The translations under genes and the position numbers were made by a program. From Octopus vulgaris (taxonomy: Eukaryota), in the NCBI GenBank assembly GCA_951406725.2, contig OX597819.1, forward strand, positions 15,624,001-15,688,000: DNA of 64,000 nt, in the 5' to 3' direction. Below the pieces are notes generated by a model. It was not told the origin of the DNA. It did not search any database and was given only the letters and a program-made list of their open reading frames with translations. This document shows positions 1 through 14,256 of this stretch, in pieces; within the stretch, counting starts at the first letter, position 1; every line of letters starts with the position of its first letter.

Positions 1-1282
1 CATGAACAGCAGATTTCTTTTACATGGAAATTTGTTTCTAAGTCAACATTATATGATTTATCTTCAATGTTGCTGTTGTTTAGCTCCAGGCCAGTCCTTA
101 TAAAACAGACTTATAATCAGTATTCCAGGCATGACCATCCAATCTATCTATCTCCACTGAAGACAGTGGAGTGTGATTAGAAGTAGATTTGGCTGGTATT
201 TCTAGCACATCAAACAGTCACATAATGGCTCCTTCATTGATTCATAATAATGGCTTCTTATCTGAGCAATAATCCTGAAGTATTATGAATCCACTGCTGA
301 GACAATCGTATCTCTTTCCAACGTATATAGCAAAGCAATGACAGAAGGCAATATTAACACCCTTACCATCTACAGCCAAGTCACACACATTTTCTTGTTA
401 ACTAACAGTTAACATAAGCCAACAAGGGAGCCTCTATGTGATTGCTTGACCTGTTAGAAATAGCAACCAAATTCCCTCACTCACACTAACCATCTTAAAG
501 AAAGGACACATTGGACTTGAACAATAAGCCTAGGTACACAACAGACAGGATGGCCATGGATGGAAAACACTTTTGATAATATCTGCTCAATCAACACTGC
601 TCTGGCTGCAAATCAAAAGGCAGGGGTTAATTTCATGGCATTTATGAACAACAACTGATAACTCTTTGGAATATGATCAAATCCAGTATTTGAAAGGGAA
701 TAAGGTATTAATATTCGACTGAATGAGATTGCTCCCTCCACCCCAGTATATCACTGCTATTTCTTTTCTTTTTCTTTTTTTTTTTTTTTCATAGGAAGAA
801 AAAATGAAATGTAAAAGCCCAGCCTCAAAGGGATTTGAACTGAGAATCTGGAGGGATAGAACTATTGATTTGAAAGGTTTTGAAGTGAATTGGGTTAATG
901 GGGATAGGGCTGCAAACAGTGTGAGGAGAATCAACAAGAAAGACGACAACAACAACAACAACGACAGTAGCTGGTCAATTTGGTGCCACCCATCAGGTGA
1001 TACCCGAAATAACAGACAAGACAAAGCTTTAGCAATATCAACAAGCTGGCCGCTCGACCTGCTAGAAAAAGCAGCTAAATCTCCCTCAAACTTCACCCTA
1101 CCACCTTAAATGAGGAAGGACACATTAGATAATGTAGTCCTGCATACCTCTGAAAATATGGGATGTTCACGGTTAAGATACCATTTGATCAAAAGTCGGC
1201 TTGATTGGGAACTGAACAGAAATACTTTCATTTACTTACTATGAGAGGCTTGTACAGCCTAATGTTGCAAGTAGTAGACACC

Positions 1283-1313
<31 letters not shown>

Positions 1314-1844
1314 AGTGATGTTAAAAAGGAATTCTTTAAATATCTATTATACAGGATTCCATATTCAGTTTCTAAGATATGATTCATTGTTCATGCCTTA
1401 AAACATTTTTGATAGAGCTTCTCACAACCCATGCCAGCATGGAAAATGAACATTAATTGAGGATGATGATATATATGTGAAGAGAGAGAGTGAGAGAGAG
1501 AGAGACGTGTGTGTGTGTGTGCTTCATGTACCATAAAGGCAAGGAGGTTTTCTTGCTGTAGGTTGTAGAGACACTGTTGGCTTATACACTTTGTTGTTGT
1601 GCAATGGCCACAGAATCACCATGGAACAGAATTTAAGCGCCAGAAAGGTCAACAGTGATGGAGAGAATTTATCATCATTTGAATTAATCTCATGCTAATT
1701 CAGTTGCCATTCAGACGTACATATACACATTCACTGAAGGTAGCACTCCATCAGTCCACCTGACATGCCTGAGATATATTGTCAGGGGTTCAAATGATAA
1801 GCAACAACAATAACAGCAATGATGGTGAAACCCTTAAGTTATTG

Positions 1845-2030
1845 GTAGACTTGCTAGAAATAGCAGCCAAATTTCTCTCAGACTGCATTCAACATTTTTT
1901 CAAAATAAAGGACACTTTGGATAAGGAAATTCTAAAGACACTACACTATGTCTGTGAAAGATGGCCATGGCTGAACTACCTTTGATCATATATCTGCTAG
2001 ATCAGAGCTGACCTGGGGTTAAACAATATC
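1845..2030 (+). repeat. Old dispersed repeat family (GCTAGAAATAGCAGCCAAAT...)
   Basis: Diverged copies near 70-240, 430-600, 1050-1220, 13600-13800, 17200-17370, 31060-31230, 33370-33540 and 49400-49490, in both orientations. Confidence 0.7.
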
Positions 2031-2246
2031 AACTAATAGTGCTTGGATAGTATGAGGGCAACTGTTACGAGACACCTCAACAATTGTAGTAAAAGAAACA
2101 GAAGTCAGTAAGAGAGGGAAACCATCTTCAGAGTAACAAAGCTTCTAAAGATAATACACACTTCTTCAAGTCATCTGGTTCCATCTCATCATGAAATTAC
2201 ATTGACCGTCTTCAGATGACAAAATTTAAACAGTGCAGAGCGCTCC

Positions 2247-2874
2247 ATGTTTACATCATCATCATCATTTAACGTCCGTTTTCCATGCTGGCATGGGTTG
2301 GACAGTTTGACTGGGGTCTGGGAAGCCAGGAGTCTGCACCAGGCCCCAATCTGATCAGGCAAGGTTTCTACAGCTGGATGCCTTTCCAAACACCAACCAC
2401 TCTAAGAGTGTAATGGATGCTTTTAATGTGCCATAGGTACTGGGGCCAGAGAAGCTGGCATCGACCTCGATTGGATGGTGCTTTTTACGTGCCACCGGCA
2501 CAGAAGCCACTCAAAGCGGCACTGACATCGGCCATGTTCGGATGGTGCTTTTTACGTGCTACTAGCACGGGGGTCACAGCTACAATTTCCATTTGATTTG
2601 ATTTTGATATTGCTGATGTTGATGTACTTGACTCAATAGGTCTCCTCAAGCACAGCAAGTCACCCTATGATCCAAGATACTTTTGAGTGGGCTGGTTATG
2701 CGACACTAGTATAGGTTACAGCTGTGGACTCACTTTATTTGCCGGGTCTTCTCAGTCACAGCATACCTCCGGAGGTCTTGGTCTTTTGTCATTGCCTCTG
2801 TGAGGCCCAACGTAGAGGGAGACCCAAGAAGACAAGGGACGAGGTGGTGAAGCATGACCTTCGAATGTTTACAT
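2247..2874 (-). mobile_element. RTE LINE 3' fragment with 5' inversion and 10-bp TSD
   Basis: (GAT)n tail at left; segment 2814-2869 is inverted; ATGTTTACAT flanks both ends. Confidence 0.8.
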
Positions 2875-3594
2875 GTGTATATTAAAATGTATTAACTGCT
2901 TTCACAGACATTGTCTTAAAATCATACAAATGAAAGAATTTCTTGGCATTACTAAATCATGCCGTATAACCTGCAGGAGACCAACACTGAAAGACAACTG
3001 AAGATGTTCAACTACACACTACAAATGGCCACAAAGAGACCCATTAGAGCTCCTTTCAAGTTGAAGCCAGGGGCAGGGATATAATAGGTGAAACATACCT
3101 GCCAATACCTGGTTAAGAACTCTGGTAGAAGACATGGAAGCTATAGACCTGGCCTGGCCACCAGCTCGTGACAGGGTTTGCAACGGTTCTCTCATTGCCT
3201 TGTGCCCCATGGAGGGGGGGTGAGCAGAGATACTAAGGCTAATCTTATATATACGCACAAACATTACACAGAGAGAGAAGAGACAAAGATGCATCTTTAT
3301 TGAATGTCATCCGATCAAAATGTGATATTCTTCTCTCCATTATTATGCAATCTGGTTAAGAGTACAGAATATCAGAGTTAAGTTGGTTCCCTTGTAGTAG
3401 TAGTAATAGTAGTAGTTGTAGTAGTAGTATTCATGAAGTACTCTACACTTCCTACCTCATACCCACATGACACCACACTACAATCTTCAAGTAAAGATAA
3501 CATCATTTCTAGTAACAAGTTATGTGTGTGTGTGTGTGTGTGTGTCTTGTTGCATTTGTGTAAGCGAGTATGTGTGAACATATGTTTGTCTCAC

Positions 3595-4611
3595 CTGTGG
3601 CATGGAGGGATACTTTAGCTGGCTGTTTCAATGCAACGGGAGATGACACAATCACTGCAGGAACAGACGGTGGTGGTGGTGGTGGTGATGGTGGTGATGA
3701 TGGTGGTGGTGGTGTTGATGGAGGGACAGGCGATGATGGTAGAGGGCTGAAGTCTTCGGCTGGCTCCTCTGCTGTTTCTACGGTGACAGTCACATCTACA
3801 GGTTCGACAGTGGGAGGAGGAGTGTTTGCGGTGGTGCTGGTGGTGGGGCTGTTTGGGGTAGTGCTGGTTGTGGTGGTGGCAGTGGGGCAGGCAGTAATGG
3901 TGGTGCTAGTGGTGGTGGAGGGGCTGGTAGCAGTGCTGGTGGTGGTGGTGGAGGAGGAGGAGGAGGAGGAGGAGGAGGTGGGATTGGTAGTGGTGGTGGT
4001 GGTGGTGCTGGTGGATTCATCGACTGTCCCTGGAGGTTCAACAGTGGTGGACGGACATGATGACAGGGAGACAGTGGAGTAAGAAGAGACAAAGGAAGCT
4101 AGAGATGAGGATGAGGCAGACAAGGAGCGGGCGGAGGAGCGTTCAGATACGGAGGAGTGGGAAGAGGAGGAGAAAGAGTAGCGGAATGTAGGGGAACGAG
4201 AAGAAGAGGGTGGAGCGGAACCTGACGTACTTAGCACTGCTGGCAGAGCAACATTGGGTGTGGCTGTGTCATCTGCATCATCAGCATCAGCATTATCAAC
4301 ATTGTCATCATCATCATCATCATGATCAGCAACAGCAGCAGCAGCAGTAGTAGTAGTACTGGTAGTAGTGGTAGTAGTAGTAGTAATGGCAGCAGTAGTA
4401 GCAGTGGTGGTATCAGTAGGAGATGGAGGTTTAGAAGTGGTCGGCGAGGTGTTGTGGACTTCAACTGTTTCCAGTACAGCTCCACCCCCACTGTCACCAC
4501 CACCAACACCTCCGCTGCTGTCCATCATCATCATCATCATCACCGACGAAGAAGACGAAGACATCGGCAATAGTGACGAGGTGCCGTCACCTCCAGCCTC
4601 CACCCGCAGTA
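3595..4611 (-). CDS. PCNX: Pecanex-like protein, probable exon 4; 1017-nt low-complexity S/T/P/D-rich exon
   Basis: Long pyrimidine tract then ccaacag|TA acceptor. Phase 1 entry joins exon 3 in the same frame as the 364-aa ORF, and the frame stays open across many triplet repeats. Donor ACAG|gtgaga. No recognisable homology within the exon; the gene continues beyond the window. Confidence 0.72.
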
Positions 4612-5087
4612 CTGTTGGAAGTCAGGAGAAGAAGACATTCAATATAGAAGTATGAAGAGAGAGAGAGAGAGAGAGAAAGAGAGAGCAACTACCCCATCCA
4701 CACATATCCAGATACACAGGTGTACCAGTCATTACTCCTCGTCAAGCTGAATACAATATTTAAAAAGTTTAAATGAAGAAAACATTTTTATTTTTTTTAC
4801 ACATATAATATGGCAGTTGAAAATTTTTGGTGGGGAAGGGGTGTAATGAGATTGCAAGACATTCATGCCTTACCGAAAAGCATTAATAAAGGGAAATGGA
4901 ACAATTACAATCAGGAACGAAATGTGAGCCACAGGGTCACCCATCTTGAAGACCTTCCATCTCTGAAGAGACCACTCACAGACTAACCCTGTGTGTTTAG
5001 AGCACCGGATCACTTGTATATATATGTAATAAGAGAGTGTTTTGATTCCAACCTGTCTGATACCCACATGAGTTCTATTTCAATTAA

Positions 5088-5309
5088 CCCTTTTGTTACC
5101 ATATTTCTGTTGAGATGCTCTGTGTTTCTTTCAATTAATTTTAAATATAACAAAGAATTTAGTAAAATAACTTAGTTATCATTAAGCTAGTGTTAGGAAC
5201 ATAAATTGTGATTAAGGTTTGGTGGAAGATTTTAATTCACAACTTATGAAAACAAGACATTTGTACTACAGAGCCAGAGCCGGTTTCAGCTGGGTTGGTA
5301 TCGAAAGGG
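5088..5309. mobile_element. piggyBac-type MITE
   Basis: TTAA|CCCTTT...AAAGGG|TTAA; the same family occurs at 14036 and 20621. Confidence 0.88.
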
Positions 5310-8300
5310 TTAAAACATTCCAACATAATCTGATGTGAGAATCTTTTTGTTAAGCTTTGTTTCAAACAACCAGCGTAATTTTACTAAATTCTTGATAATT
5401 TTCGTTAATTAACTGAGACACATGGATTGTCTTTTTTATTCAAAATACTGTCAGGGAGTAGTTAACCTTAACTACCCATGAAACACTTAGATATAGCTAA
5501 GGTAACATATTAAGCCTATGTGGTACCATCAAATGAAATGTATATGGCCACATCAAGACCGTCTGACAAATGATGTGTTTAACCAGACCAAACTAAATGA
5601 CAATGTGTTCAGCCATATTAATTTTAGTATATTTAAGTACACCAACCAATGTCAGTTGGTGCTTGACTCCACCAAAATTAGCTTACCACACAAGAACTAA
5701 TAAAATTGGTTTGTGTTTAATTCTCCCCTAAACAATTAAATTTCATGTTTGGTCATCAAAAATTATCAAATGGTAGCTGTTGGATTTATAGCAAGCCATC
5801 AACTGGAATGTATTTAAATGGAGCAAATCTTCAGCTACTACCAAACCAAATTGTGATAACCTAGCCTTAGAAACCTACCAAAATGTCTGTTTAAAGAGAA
5901 ATACAATGATAAAGGACATTACATGATACATCAACAAGAAAATATATTTTGTCATGGGCTCATGAAAACAAAAATGTTTACATTCACGAATAGGCAGAGT
6001 GATGAATTGGAGAGCAAAAACTTAATCATTTTAGAGAATATTGTTCAATAAAAAACTTTCTGAATGGAGGAAATTTCTTTATTAGAAACTGTTTTGACAT
6101 TTAGTGCCATCTTACGGAAAGTGGTGCATCTTACATAAAAATATAATTAGGTAGAGAAGGTTTCATCCTTGTAGGGATAAGAATCTTCTTCAATGGAAAT
6201 TTTGAGAATCAGGATTATATTATGGAAAACCTTTGGGGAATTAAGGTTATCTTTAAGAAAATGTTTTAACAGTTTGGGACCATCTGTTGGAAGACCTGTA
6301 ACTGGTAGGAGGGAAAGGAAGGAGTAAGGGTGAGGGTTTAACCAATATCTTTTATATCCAATACCTGTTGCTTGCTGAAACGGTAAAAACAACATAAAGA
6401 TGAAGTAAGAAGAAACAGTGTGCAAGGCAAAAACAAACATGGCAAACGTTGGTGTGTCCCCTTACAAAAGGTAACATGTCCTCAACATTGACAATAAGCT
6501 GTCTAGCAAAAGGTAACATGTCCTCCACTGGGCATTGACAATGTGCTGGCTTTAGAGAAACAAATAAAATGAAATTTAAAGAAAATATCCCAAGATGAAA
6601 CAAAAAATACCATTTAGACACACACAACACACCTACACATAAACACACACATACAAATTCCCACACGTTCACAGACATACACTCACAGACATAAATCAAC
6701 TCACATACAGACTCACACATACACAGCACACTCTCTCACACAAATACACACATATAAACAAACACACACACACACACAGAGGAGCATGCACATGTACATA
6801 CATATTCAGCTACACATATATACAAACAAACAGTCACACATGTACACATACACTCACTCACATGCACACAAGCGTATACACACACACTTACAGCACACTC
6901 TCACACACACATATACTCGTCCACCCACCCTCAAATTGGTAGACATGTTGATCCAATCTGAAAATTTAAGAAAAACATTAAAAAAAACAAAAAAAAAACA
7001 TAAAATTTGATTAATAAAAAAAACAGCAGCAACAACAACATTAAAAAAGGGGGGAGCAGCTGAGGTGCTGTGACATTCATTCATTTCTGAAGAGCATTCA
7101 GGACCTTTGTTAAGGTTTATTCTTAAACAAAGCAGAGGTCTACGGTTGAGGGAATTAACCTCAGCATATTACTGGTATGTTGTAAGAGGAGCAAACATGG
7201 CCGTTTAGTTAAGAAGCTTGGGTTCAAACTGGGGTACCTTTCACAAGGGCCTTCTACGATAACCTTGTGAGTGGATTTGTAGACAGAAACTGAAAGAATC
7301 CTATTGTATATTGTGTGTGTGTGTGTATATACATGTATTTTATACATGTTTGTATGTGTTTTGAGATCATGTGATAGTTATAAACATGCATCACTTGTCA
7401 TTTGTTTCCATTTGTCCATGAAAAACATGCCTGGTTATGGGGAAACTTTACCTTGCTTGATAATAGGTAAGGGTTGGTGACACGGAGGGCATCTGAGTGC
7501 AGAAAATCTGCCTCAAAATTCCGTGGACATTAAAAGTAGAATTAAGATATGGGTGTTTTACAACAACCATATTATTGATATTAAGATCAGAAATTTGACA
7601 AATTCATACCAGTATATGATTGGAACTTAAGTGACCTTAAAGGTCTTTTAATAGGCAAGACTTTTAATAGAAATGAAAGTACTTCAGCATAGCCATAGAC
7701 CAGTGGCTGAAAAGAGTAAAGAGGCAGAGGCTCTAAACACAACAAGGTATTTGGTCTGTCACATTACTGCTTCTTAAATCTGACCAATTATATTAATTAA
7801 TCACAACATGGAAGCACAAATGTTAGACAGAAGCAGGTGTGGCTGTATGGTAAGAAGTTTGCTTCCGAACAGCATTGCTTTAGGTTCAATCCCACTGACT
7901 GGCACTTTGAGCAAATGTATTCTTTTATGGCCTCAAGCCAACCCAAGCTTTGAGAATGTGTGTATAGGTGTGTTACTGTCTCCTTGCCTTGACATCACCA
8001 GACAGGTGTAAACAAGAATCGCTGTGATGCAAGCAGTGTTGCCCATTGCCAATCTTCCCTAGAGACATGTCAGCTGATAGGTAAATATAAGCTTACTTGG
8101 AAGCAGGTGGAGGTTGCTGACAGAAAGTTTGCCTCAACGAACCCTGTCTGTCCCATGCGAGCATGGAAAAGTGAACATTAAAACAATGATGATGATGCTT
8201 TGTAATTACTAAAAGCCTGGAAGAATGAAAGAAAAAAAAAAAAAGACAGGTGAAATGTGAATTGATACTTTATGGATTTCATCATCCATCACCTCTTCAA

Positions 8301-8380
8301 ATAATAAAAGAACATCTCTTTAGGGAATATAATCTGGGGTTTCACATAAATTTTGTTGTTGTTGCTTTACAGTTTTTTGA

Positions 8381-8437
<57 letters not shown>

Positions 8438-8874
8438 ATATATACATACATACACACACACATATACATATACCTATTAACAAAGATAGAGGCAAGCTTG
8501 ATTATCTCTATTTTAATTTTCTTTATTACTTATACAGCTTTGCTACTGTGCTGCAAATATTCAATGTCAGTTACATTCATTTGAATTTAAAAATATACAA
8601 TAACAGATGTAACCCTATTCCATAGTCTTTACCATTGCTGTTAAGCTTCTATATTTGATGGCATATAAGACACACCTCAACGTCAGCAGCGCATTTTCAG
8701 GAGAGAATGGTTTCAGTGCATTAAAGCATGTTATATTGAAGGCAATTTAGCAATACATTAGAAAAGTACCTCAGAAGTAGAGCAAGAAATAACCAGAGTG
8801 AAAATATCCCACATTATTACAGTAATAAAATGTCCAATGTTATGATAATTCTTTTACAGGACAAGTAATACTAG

Positions 8875-9200
8875 TAGAGGAGATCCCCTTCGGTCATGAA
8901 TGACCTTGGGATTGCACCTAGAAAGTTACCCTCCAAGGCACAAGTCCGGGCAAGGTTGTTTTGTAGAAGACCAGCAGCTGCCCATGCATACCAGCCTCCC
9001 CTCTCTACACCACTGATGTTATCCAAGGGAAAGGCAAAGGGGCCCGATACAGCTTGTGATGTCACAGCTCATTTCTACAGCTGAGTTAACTGGAGCAACG
9101 TGAAATAAAGTGTCTTGCTCAAGAACACAACACACTGCCCGGTCCGGGAATCGAACTCACAACCTCACGATTGTAAGCTCAATGCTCTAACCACTGAGCC
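8875..9200 (-). mobile_element. tRNA-derived SINE with RTE-like tail (cephalopod Ceph/OK-like)
   Basis: Head GGCTCAGTGGTTAGAGC...GTGAGTTCGATTCCCGG (A/B boxes), GTGTTCTTGAGCAAGACACTT core, tail GGTCATTCATGACCGAAGGG. Family name is from recall. Confidence 0.8.
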
Positions 9201-9499
9201 ATAATAATGTTTAAGTAAATACTATCATGAAGTTAAGCTCGGTAGAAGCGACTATTTATATTAAAATTAGTAGCCTAATGTAGTGAGCATTAAGGACAAA
9301 TTTAGCTTATAGGGAAACTCAACTTCCCATATAGGGCCGGGGGATTTGGGGAAATTTTGTTTTTGCTTTTTTTTTAAATGCGCCTTATATGCCATGAAAT
9401 ATAGTAACTGAGAAGGTAAAGTATTTGAGCTTATAGAATTTTCAAAAGTCATAAGATAATCAAATATGCTGCTTATCATACTCATATATATACATACAC

Positions 9500-9539
<40 letters not shown>

Positions 9540-10039
9540 TTTAGATTTAGTTTGCTTGAAGCATTGTGGAATCTGTAGAAAATTAGTGTTATAGAAGGCA
9601 AGTGTGATGCAAGATTAAATATCAACAATCTTAATAAGATACTGAAATGCTACTTGGAAATATTTAAGTATTCTTAATATATCGGTTATGAACTCCTCTA
9701 TTTTACAAAGGTATTAAAAGAACAAGACAGAAAGATGTAAATTGTGACCCATTATATTGGCATATTGAATCACTGTACGTGATATTCAAATTACCACATG
9801 TGTAACCATGTGGAATTTGAGGCAGTGGAATGTTGTTTCATGGGCTATCATATATGATAACAGCCACTGGCACACATTCAACTCTAACCAATTGTTGGAT
9901 TGCAGTTTTTGATCAAGATGATTTCCTTTATCCACAAGTTACTAATATTAAAGTAACAGCAATGGCCTTATTTTGTTCCAGCATATTTGAAGGCATTTTT
10001 TGAAAGTGAAAGTGAAAGTGGATGGACATTTATTGATTG

Positions 10040-10520
10040 GGATGTGTAATAACCAAATCATGCTACCGATGTTACATCTGCCCCTTTTGAGAGCATAGAC
10101 TCTGATAGACAACCTGAGTGTGCAGACACGTCATTACTGGGAATAGAGCAGTTGGTCAACACACATAGGTTCCTGTTGTCAGGAATCCATTTCTTTGATA
10201 AACATTCTGTAGGCAAGTTCCTAAAGTGTATCTAGCCTTTCTTAATACATGGCTTTGTGGAGAGCAGTTGTACTGTTGTTGAAGGCCATGATAACAGCAA
10301 CTCATTCACACTGGCCACCTGCCCTATCTGCAACATGGACATGAGCCTACACACTTCTCTCATATATCAGATCTAGAGTGCTAAATGCAGCAAATATTAC
10401 ACTGTCAGCATGATTTGGTCATTACAGATCCAAATCAGTGAGCATCTCCACAAGCCAACAACCAGCTAGAATAGACTCGTGACCCAGTTCTTCCTTACAA
10501 ATGTCCATCCAATGACATTA
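10040..10520 (-). mobile_element. Highly decayed LINE endonuclease fragment
   Basis: Minus strand has remnants of the RGAD..SDH-type motif (AAAAGGGGCAGATGTAACATCGG); no open frame. Confidence 0.4.
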
Positions 10521-10813
10521 ACAGACCACGGAGCACAATCTGCAATCCCAAACCCCACATTACACATAAACTAAATATCAAACACAATGAGTCGACCAGC
10601 CAACATAATGGACACAAGATCTATCGTTCCCTCTTGTCCTCTTAATGCTTTTGCTAAGGGGTCCTTAACCTGAAATCCCAAGACTACTAAAATGTTTCTA
10701 TGGTAACATTTCAATATCTTTTATATTTATATTTTTGACATTTAACGTTTCATTGATTTCTATAACAAACTGATTTTCTCTACACACAAATACATTAGAT
10801 ATACATTTAACAT

Positions 10814-10859
<46 letters not shown>

Positions 10860-11367
10860 CATTAACATACAAACATTTGCATAATTTATGAGATTTCATG
10901 TTTAAATAAAAGATGGGAATGATTTCAGATTGACATTCAAGTAATGAAATTAGCAGGACAAGAGTACATATCTAGATGGTTTCATTTTTTTTTCATTTTA
11001 TTTTTAGAGAACTTACATACAGGAACCACCAAAAGCACAAAAGATTAAGAATCACAGAATTAACCAGTGTTTTTCTTTGTAAAACGTTTTGTATTCCTTG
11101 TTAATAGAATTAAACTCGGATAATTCAAAATTCACAAAAGAAGTAATAAAAAAAAAACAACAGACAACACATAATAATACATCTAAATAGAACATGCAAT
11201 TGAACAAACACACATACAAGAGTGAATAGATACATACATATATTTATACACATTCAGATATGTGTGTGTGTGTGTATGCGTGTATACATGTGTGTGTGTA
11301 CATGTGTATGTGTGTATACATGTGTGTGTGTGTGGTTTCTTATGTAGGTAGAAAGTCAGTTGATTAC

Positions 11368-11399
<32 letters not shown>

Positions 11400-13280
11400 G
11401 AGGGAAATATTATTTGGTGGGGTTGTAGCATTCATGCACATCCTTGAAGTGTTAGTCAAGTAAGTAAAACAATTCTTGTTAGAGACAAACAGACCACACA
11501 GAAACAAGTCAAGATTTTTATTATCCTGCTGTTATGGTCCCACTATACAAATACATGACAAGCCTGTATTTTAAACACTTTTATGTTTTTGAACCACAAA
11601 ATAAATACAATTTCATAAAATCATATTTGCGAACGTGCATCTGTTTTTAAAATAGGTACACTGGATCCCCATATGTTGTAAGAGGCAAAGGGTGGCATGT
11701 GGAAGAGCATCCAGCTGTAAAATACCATCTCAAAAGGTCCCATCCAACTCATGCCAGCATGGAGAAGAGGATGTAAAAACAATGATGAGGATGAAAATGA
11801 TGATGATCACACGTATATATTTTCTAATATATGTCTCAGTACATCTTTATACAATACACATGGAATGCTCAATACTCATAAGTAGAGCTGAAATCACATA
11901 CATCTATCTATACGTTTTATTTTTTTTTGTTTCGGAATTCCTTTGATACATGTTATATCGAAAATACAAAAACATTTACAGTTATTATGATTAAGGTCAA
12001 ATGAGTCCAAATCTCATATATACAGTCCACCCCAACACATCTTCACCACCATCTTCTCTCACACTCCTCCTCTCTTTCCCAATTGTGGTACCCATGCATC
12101 TCCTCTACAACAAAAGTGCCTGTTTCTGTCCCTCTACTCATACTCTAACTCCTTGTCACCCTAAAGCCACCTCCCTCAATACTACTACTCCTTTCTGTTG
12201 AGGGGGTCTTCTCTTCAAAGTTACATGGTGACCTCACCAGTGCTGGTACCAAGTAAAAAAACACCCAGACCACACTCTGTAAAATGGCTGAATTTGGAAG
12301 AGCATCCAGTTGTACAAACCATGCCAAAGCAGACAATGAAGCATGGCACAATCCTCTGGCTTGCCAGCTCTTATCAAACTGTCCAACCCATGCCAGCGCA
12401 TGAAACAGTGGTGAGTGAAAACAATGGTGGGAAATTGTTTCAAAAACATTTCGGTACACTTGCACCTGTTTCCAATTATCTTTTGTGGAAAACCCCAACA
12501 GATAACAACTCTTAGAATAACTGTTCCTGAACATCTGGCACACATGGAGTTAACAGTCCACCCATTTAGTTGGGTAAAAGATGGGGAAAAAACAAGATTT
12601 GATAATGGCAATCAAAACTACATCTGATCATCGACCAACTACAAAACAAAATTTACTATTTTCTTGTGTATGTACATTATTTAAATCACTGTCCCTGTCA
12701 GTCTGTTTCTATATCTATATTATATATATATATATATATCATGTATTAGCTGGGGATAACTAGAGGCCCATAATTTTATGTTTCAAGTCTATGGCAAGAA
12801 CCTTGTGCATAGCAACCATCAGATAAGCCAGGAAGTAAAGTATCTCTACAATGGATGAATTTTAGTTGCATGACACAAAACCAAAATTTATTCATCGTTT
12901 CCAGATCTACTTGAAATTTACCAGAGACAAGAAACTTAAACCATGAACCTATAGTTATCACTATCATTTCTGATCTTAGGTGTAGTTAGATACAGGGTTA
13001 AACAGATTTTTATTCATACAGTCTGCGAATAATTATAGTTCAGCAAAATCAAAATGCTGTTCTATGGTGAATGTGAAGCAGATAACAATAAACAGTTCAC
13101 TTTACTTCTTATATTGTGTTCTTTTGTTTGTGATAACAGTTATGATTTTATCTATGTATAATGTGCTTGTGTTTATATGTGTGTGTATATATATATATAT
13201 CTATGTATGTATAGTTATATGTATGTATATGTGTCTCTGTGCAGTATTTTAAGGAGAGAAAAAGGCAAGAATTGTCTAAC

Positions 13281-13456
13281 CTGCATCATTTTTTGAATCC
13301 TCGACATCAAGTTGGTGGCTGGTATTTGTCTCTTTGTGAACTGGTTGTGTTTCTAAAATGACAGAATTTCTTGAACTGTGATGGACTGGTGGGGTGATTG
13401 TACAGTTCTGAGACCGATTCATCACCGACATTTCGATATATTCCTCAGAATCACTG
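13281..13456 (-). CDS. PCNX: Pecanex-like protein, coding exon 3 (not in ORF track)
   Basis: Acceptor ctgtctag|C. Reads SDSEEYIEMSVMNRSQNCTITPPVHHSSRNSVILETQ...DA, containing the pecanex IEM...TPPV..SSRNS motif. Donor GCAG|gttaga; phase 2 in, phase 1 out. Confidence 0.85.
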
Positions 13457-14035
13457 CTAGACAGGGACCAGTAGGTACACGCAACAGAAACAGGAAAAGA
13501 AAAAGGGAGAAGCAGTTGTAGAAATAACAGATATCAGAGGCAGGACAATAGCATCATCATCATTAACATCAACATTATTACTGTCATCATAATCCACATT
13601 CATTTGTTATTTAGCTCCAGACCCAATGTAAAACTGTGATCAAACACATTCCATTTATGATCACCCCACCTTTTTATTCAGACACTGTATCCAAGAGTTA
13701 CATTATCCAATGTAACCTTCTTTTTTATAAGATGGTAGCAGAGGTGTGATTTGAGAGGAATTAAGTAGCTATTTCTAACAGGTCAAGCAATGACATAGTC
13801 TGACTGACTCCATCGTTTGCATTTATGTTATTCTGACAATGTCAACTGTTGAAACAATTTGAAGTGAACACCTGACAAGACAACATCCATTGTCCCACTC
13901 AGTAATATAGCCCAATCACTGTTTGTCAGGTGAGATCTAACCCTAACCCTGCAAGGGAAGAAGTGTTAATGATTGGAAAGGGAGGAGACAAATTGCAATG
14001 CTTGTATGCCTTAGCTCATAAGATTGACTCATTAA

Positions 14036-14256
14036 CCCTTCGTTACTGACCCAACTGAAACTGGCTCGGGTCTTGTAGTACATATGTCTTGTTTTCAAAA
14101 GTTCTGAATTAAAATCTTCCACCAAACCTTAGTCACAATTTATGTTCCTAACACTAGCTGAATGATAACTAAGTTATTTTACTAAATTCTTTGTTATATT
14201 TAAAATTAATTGAAAGAAACACAGAGCATCTCAACAGAAATACAGTAACGAAAGGG
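14036..14256. mobile_element. piggyBac-type MITE (inverted relative to 5088)
   Basis: TTAA TSD, CCCTTTCGTTAC/GTAACGAAAGGG termini. Confidence 0.88.

Noticed and set aside
1532-1694. Open minus-strand frame as a further pecanex exon
   Set aside because: Acceptor phase is incompatible with the phase 1 donor at 3595, the pyrimidine tract is poor, and there is no recognisable similarity.
3570-4655. Plus-strand and alternative-frame ORFs over the low-complexity exon
   Set aside because: Shadows of triplet repeats; only the minus frame matches splice sites and phase.
6365-6374. Possible pecanex microexon (tttcag CAAGCAACAG gtattg) and ORF 6147-6440
   Set aside because: 10 nt would shift frame, the 6-nt variant needs a weak AAG acceptor, and there is no homology.
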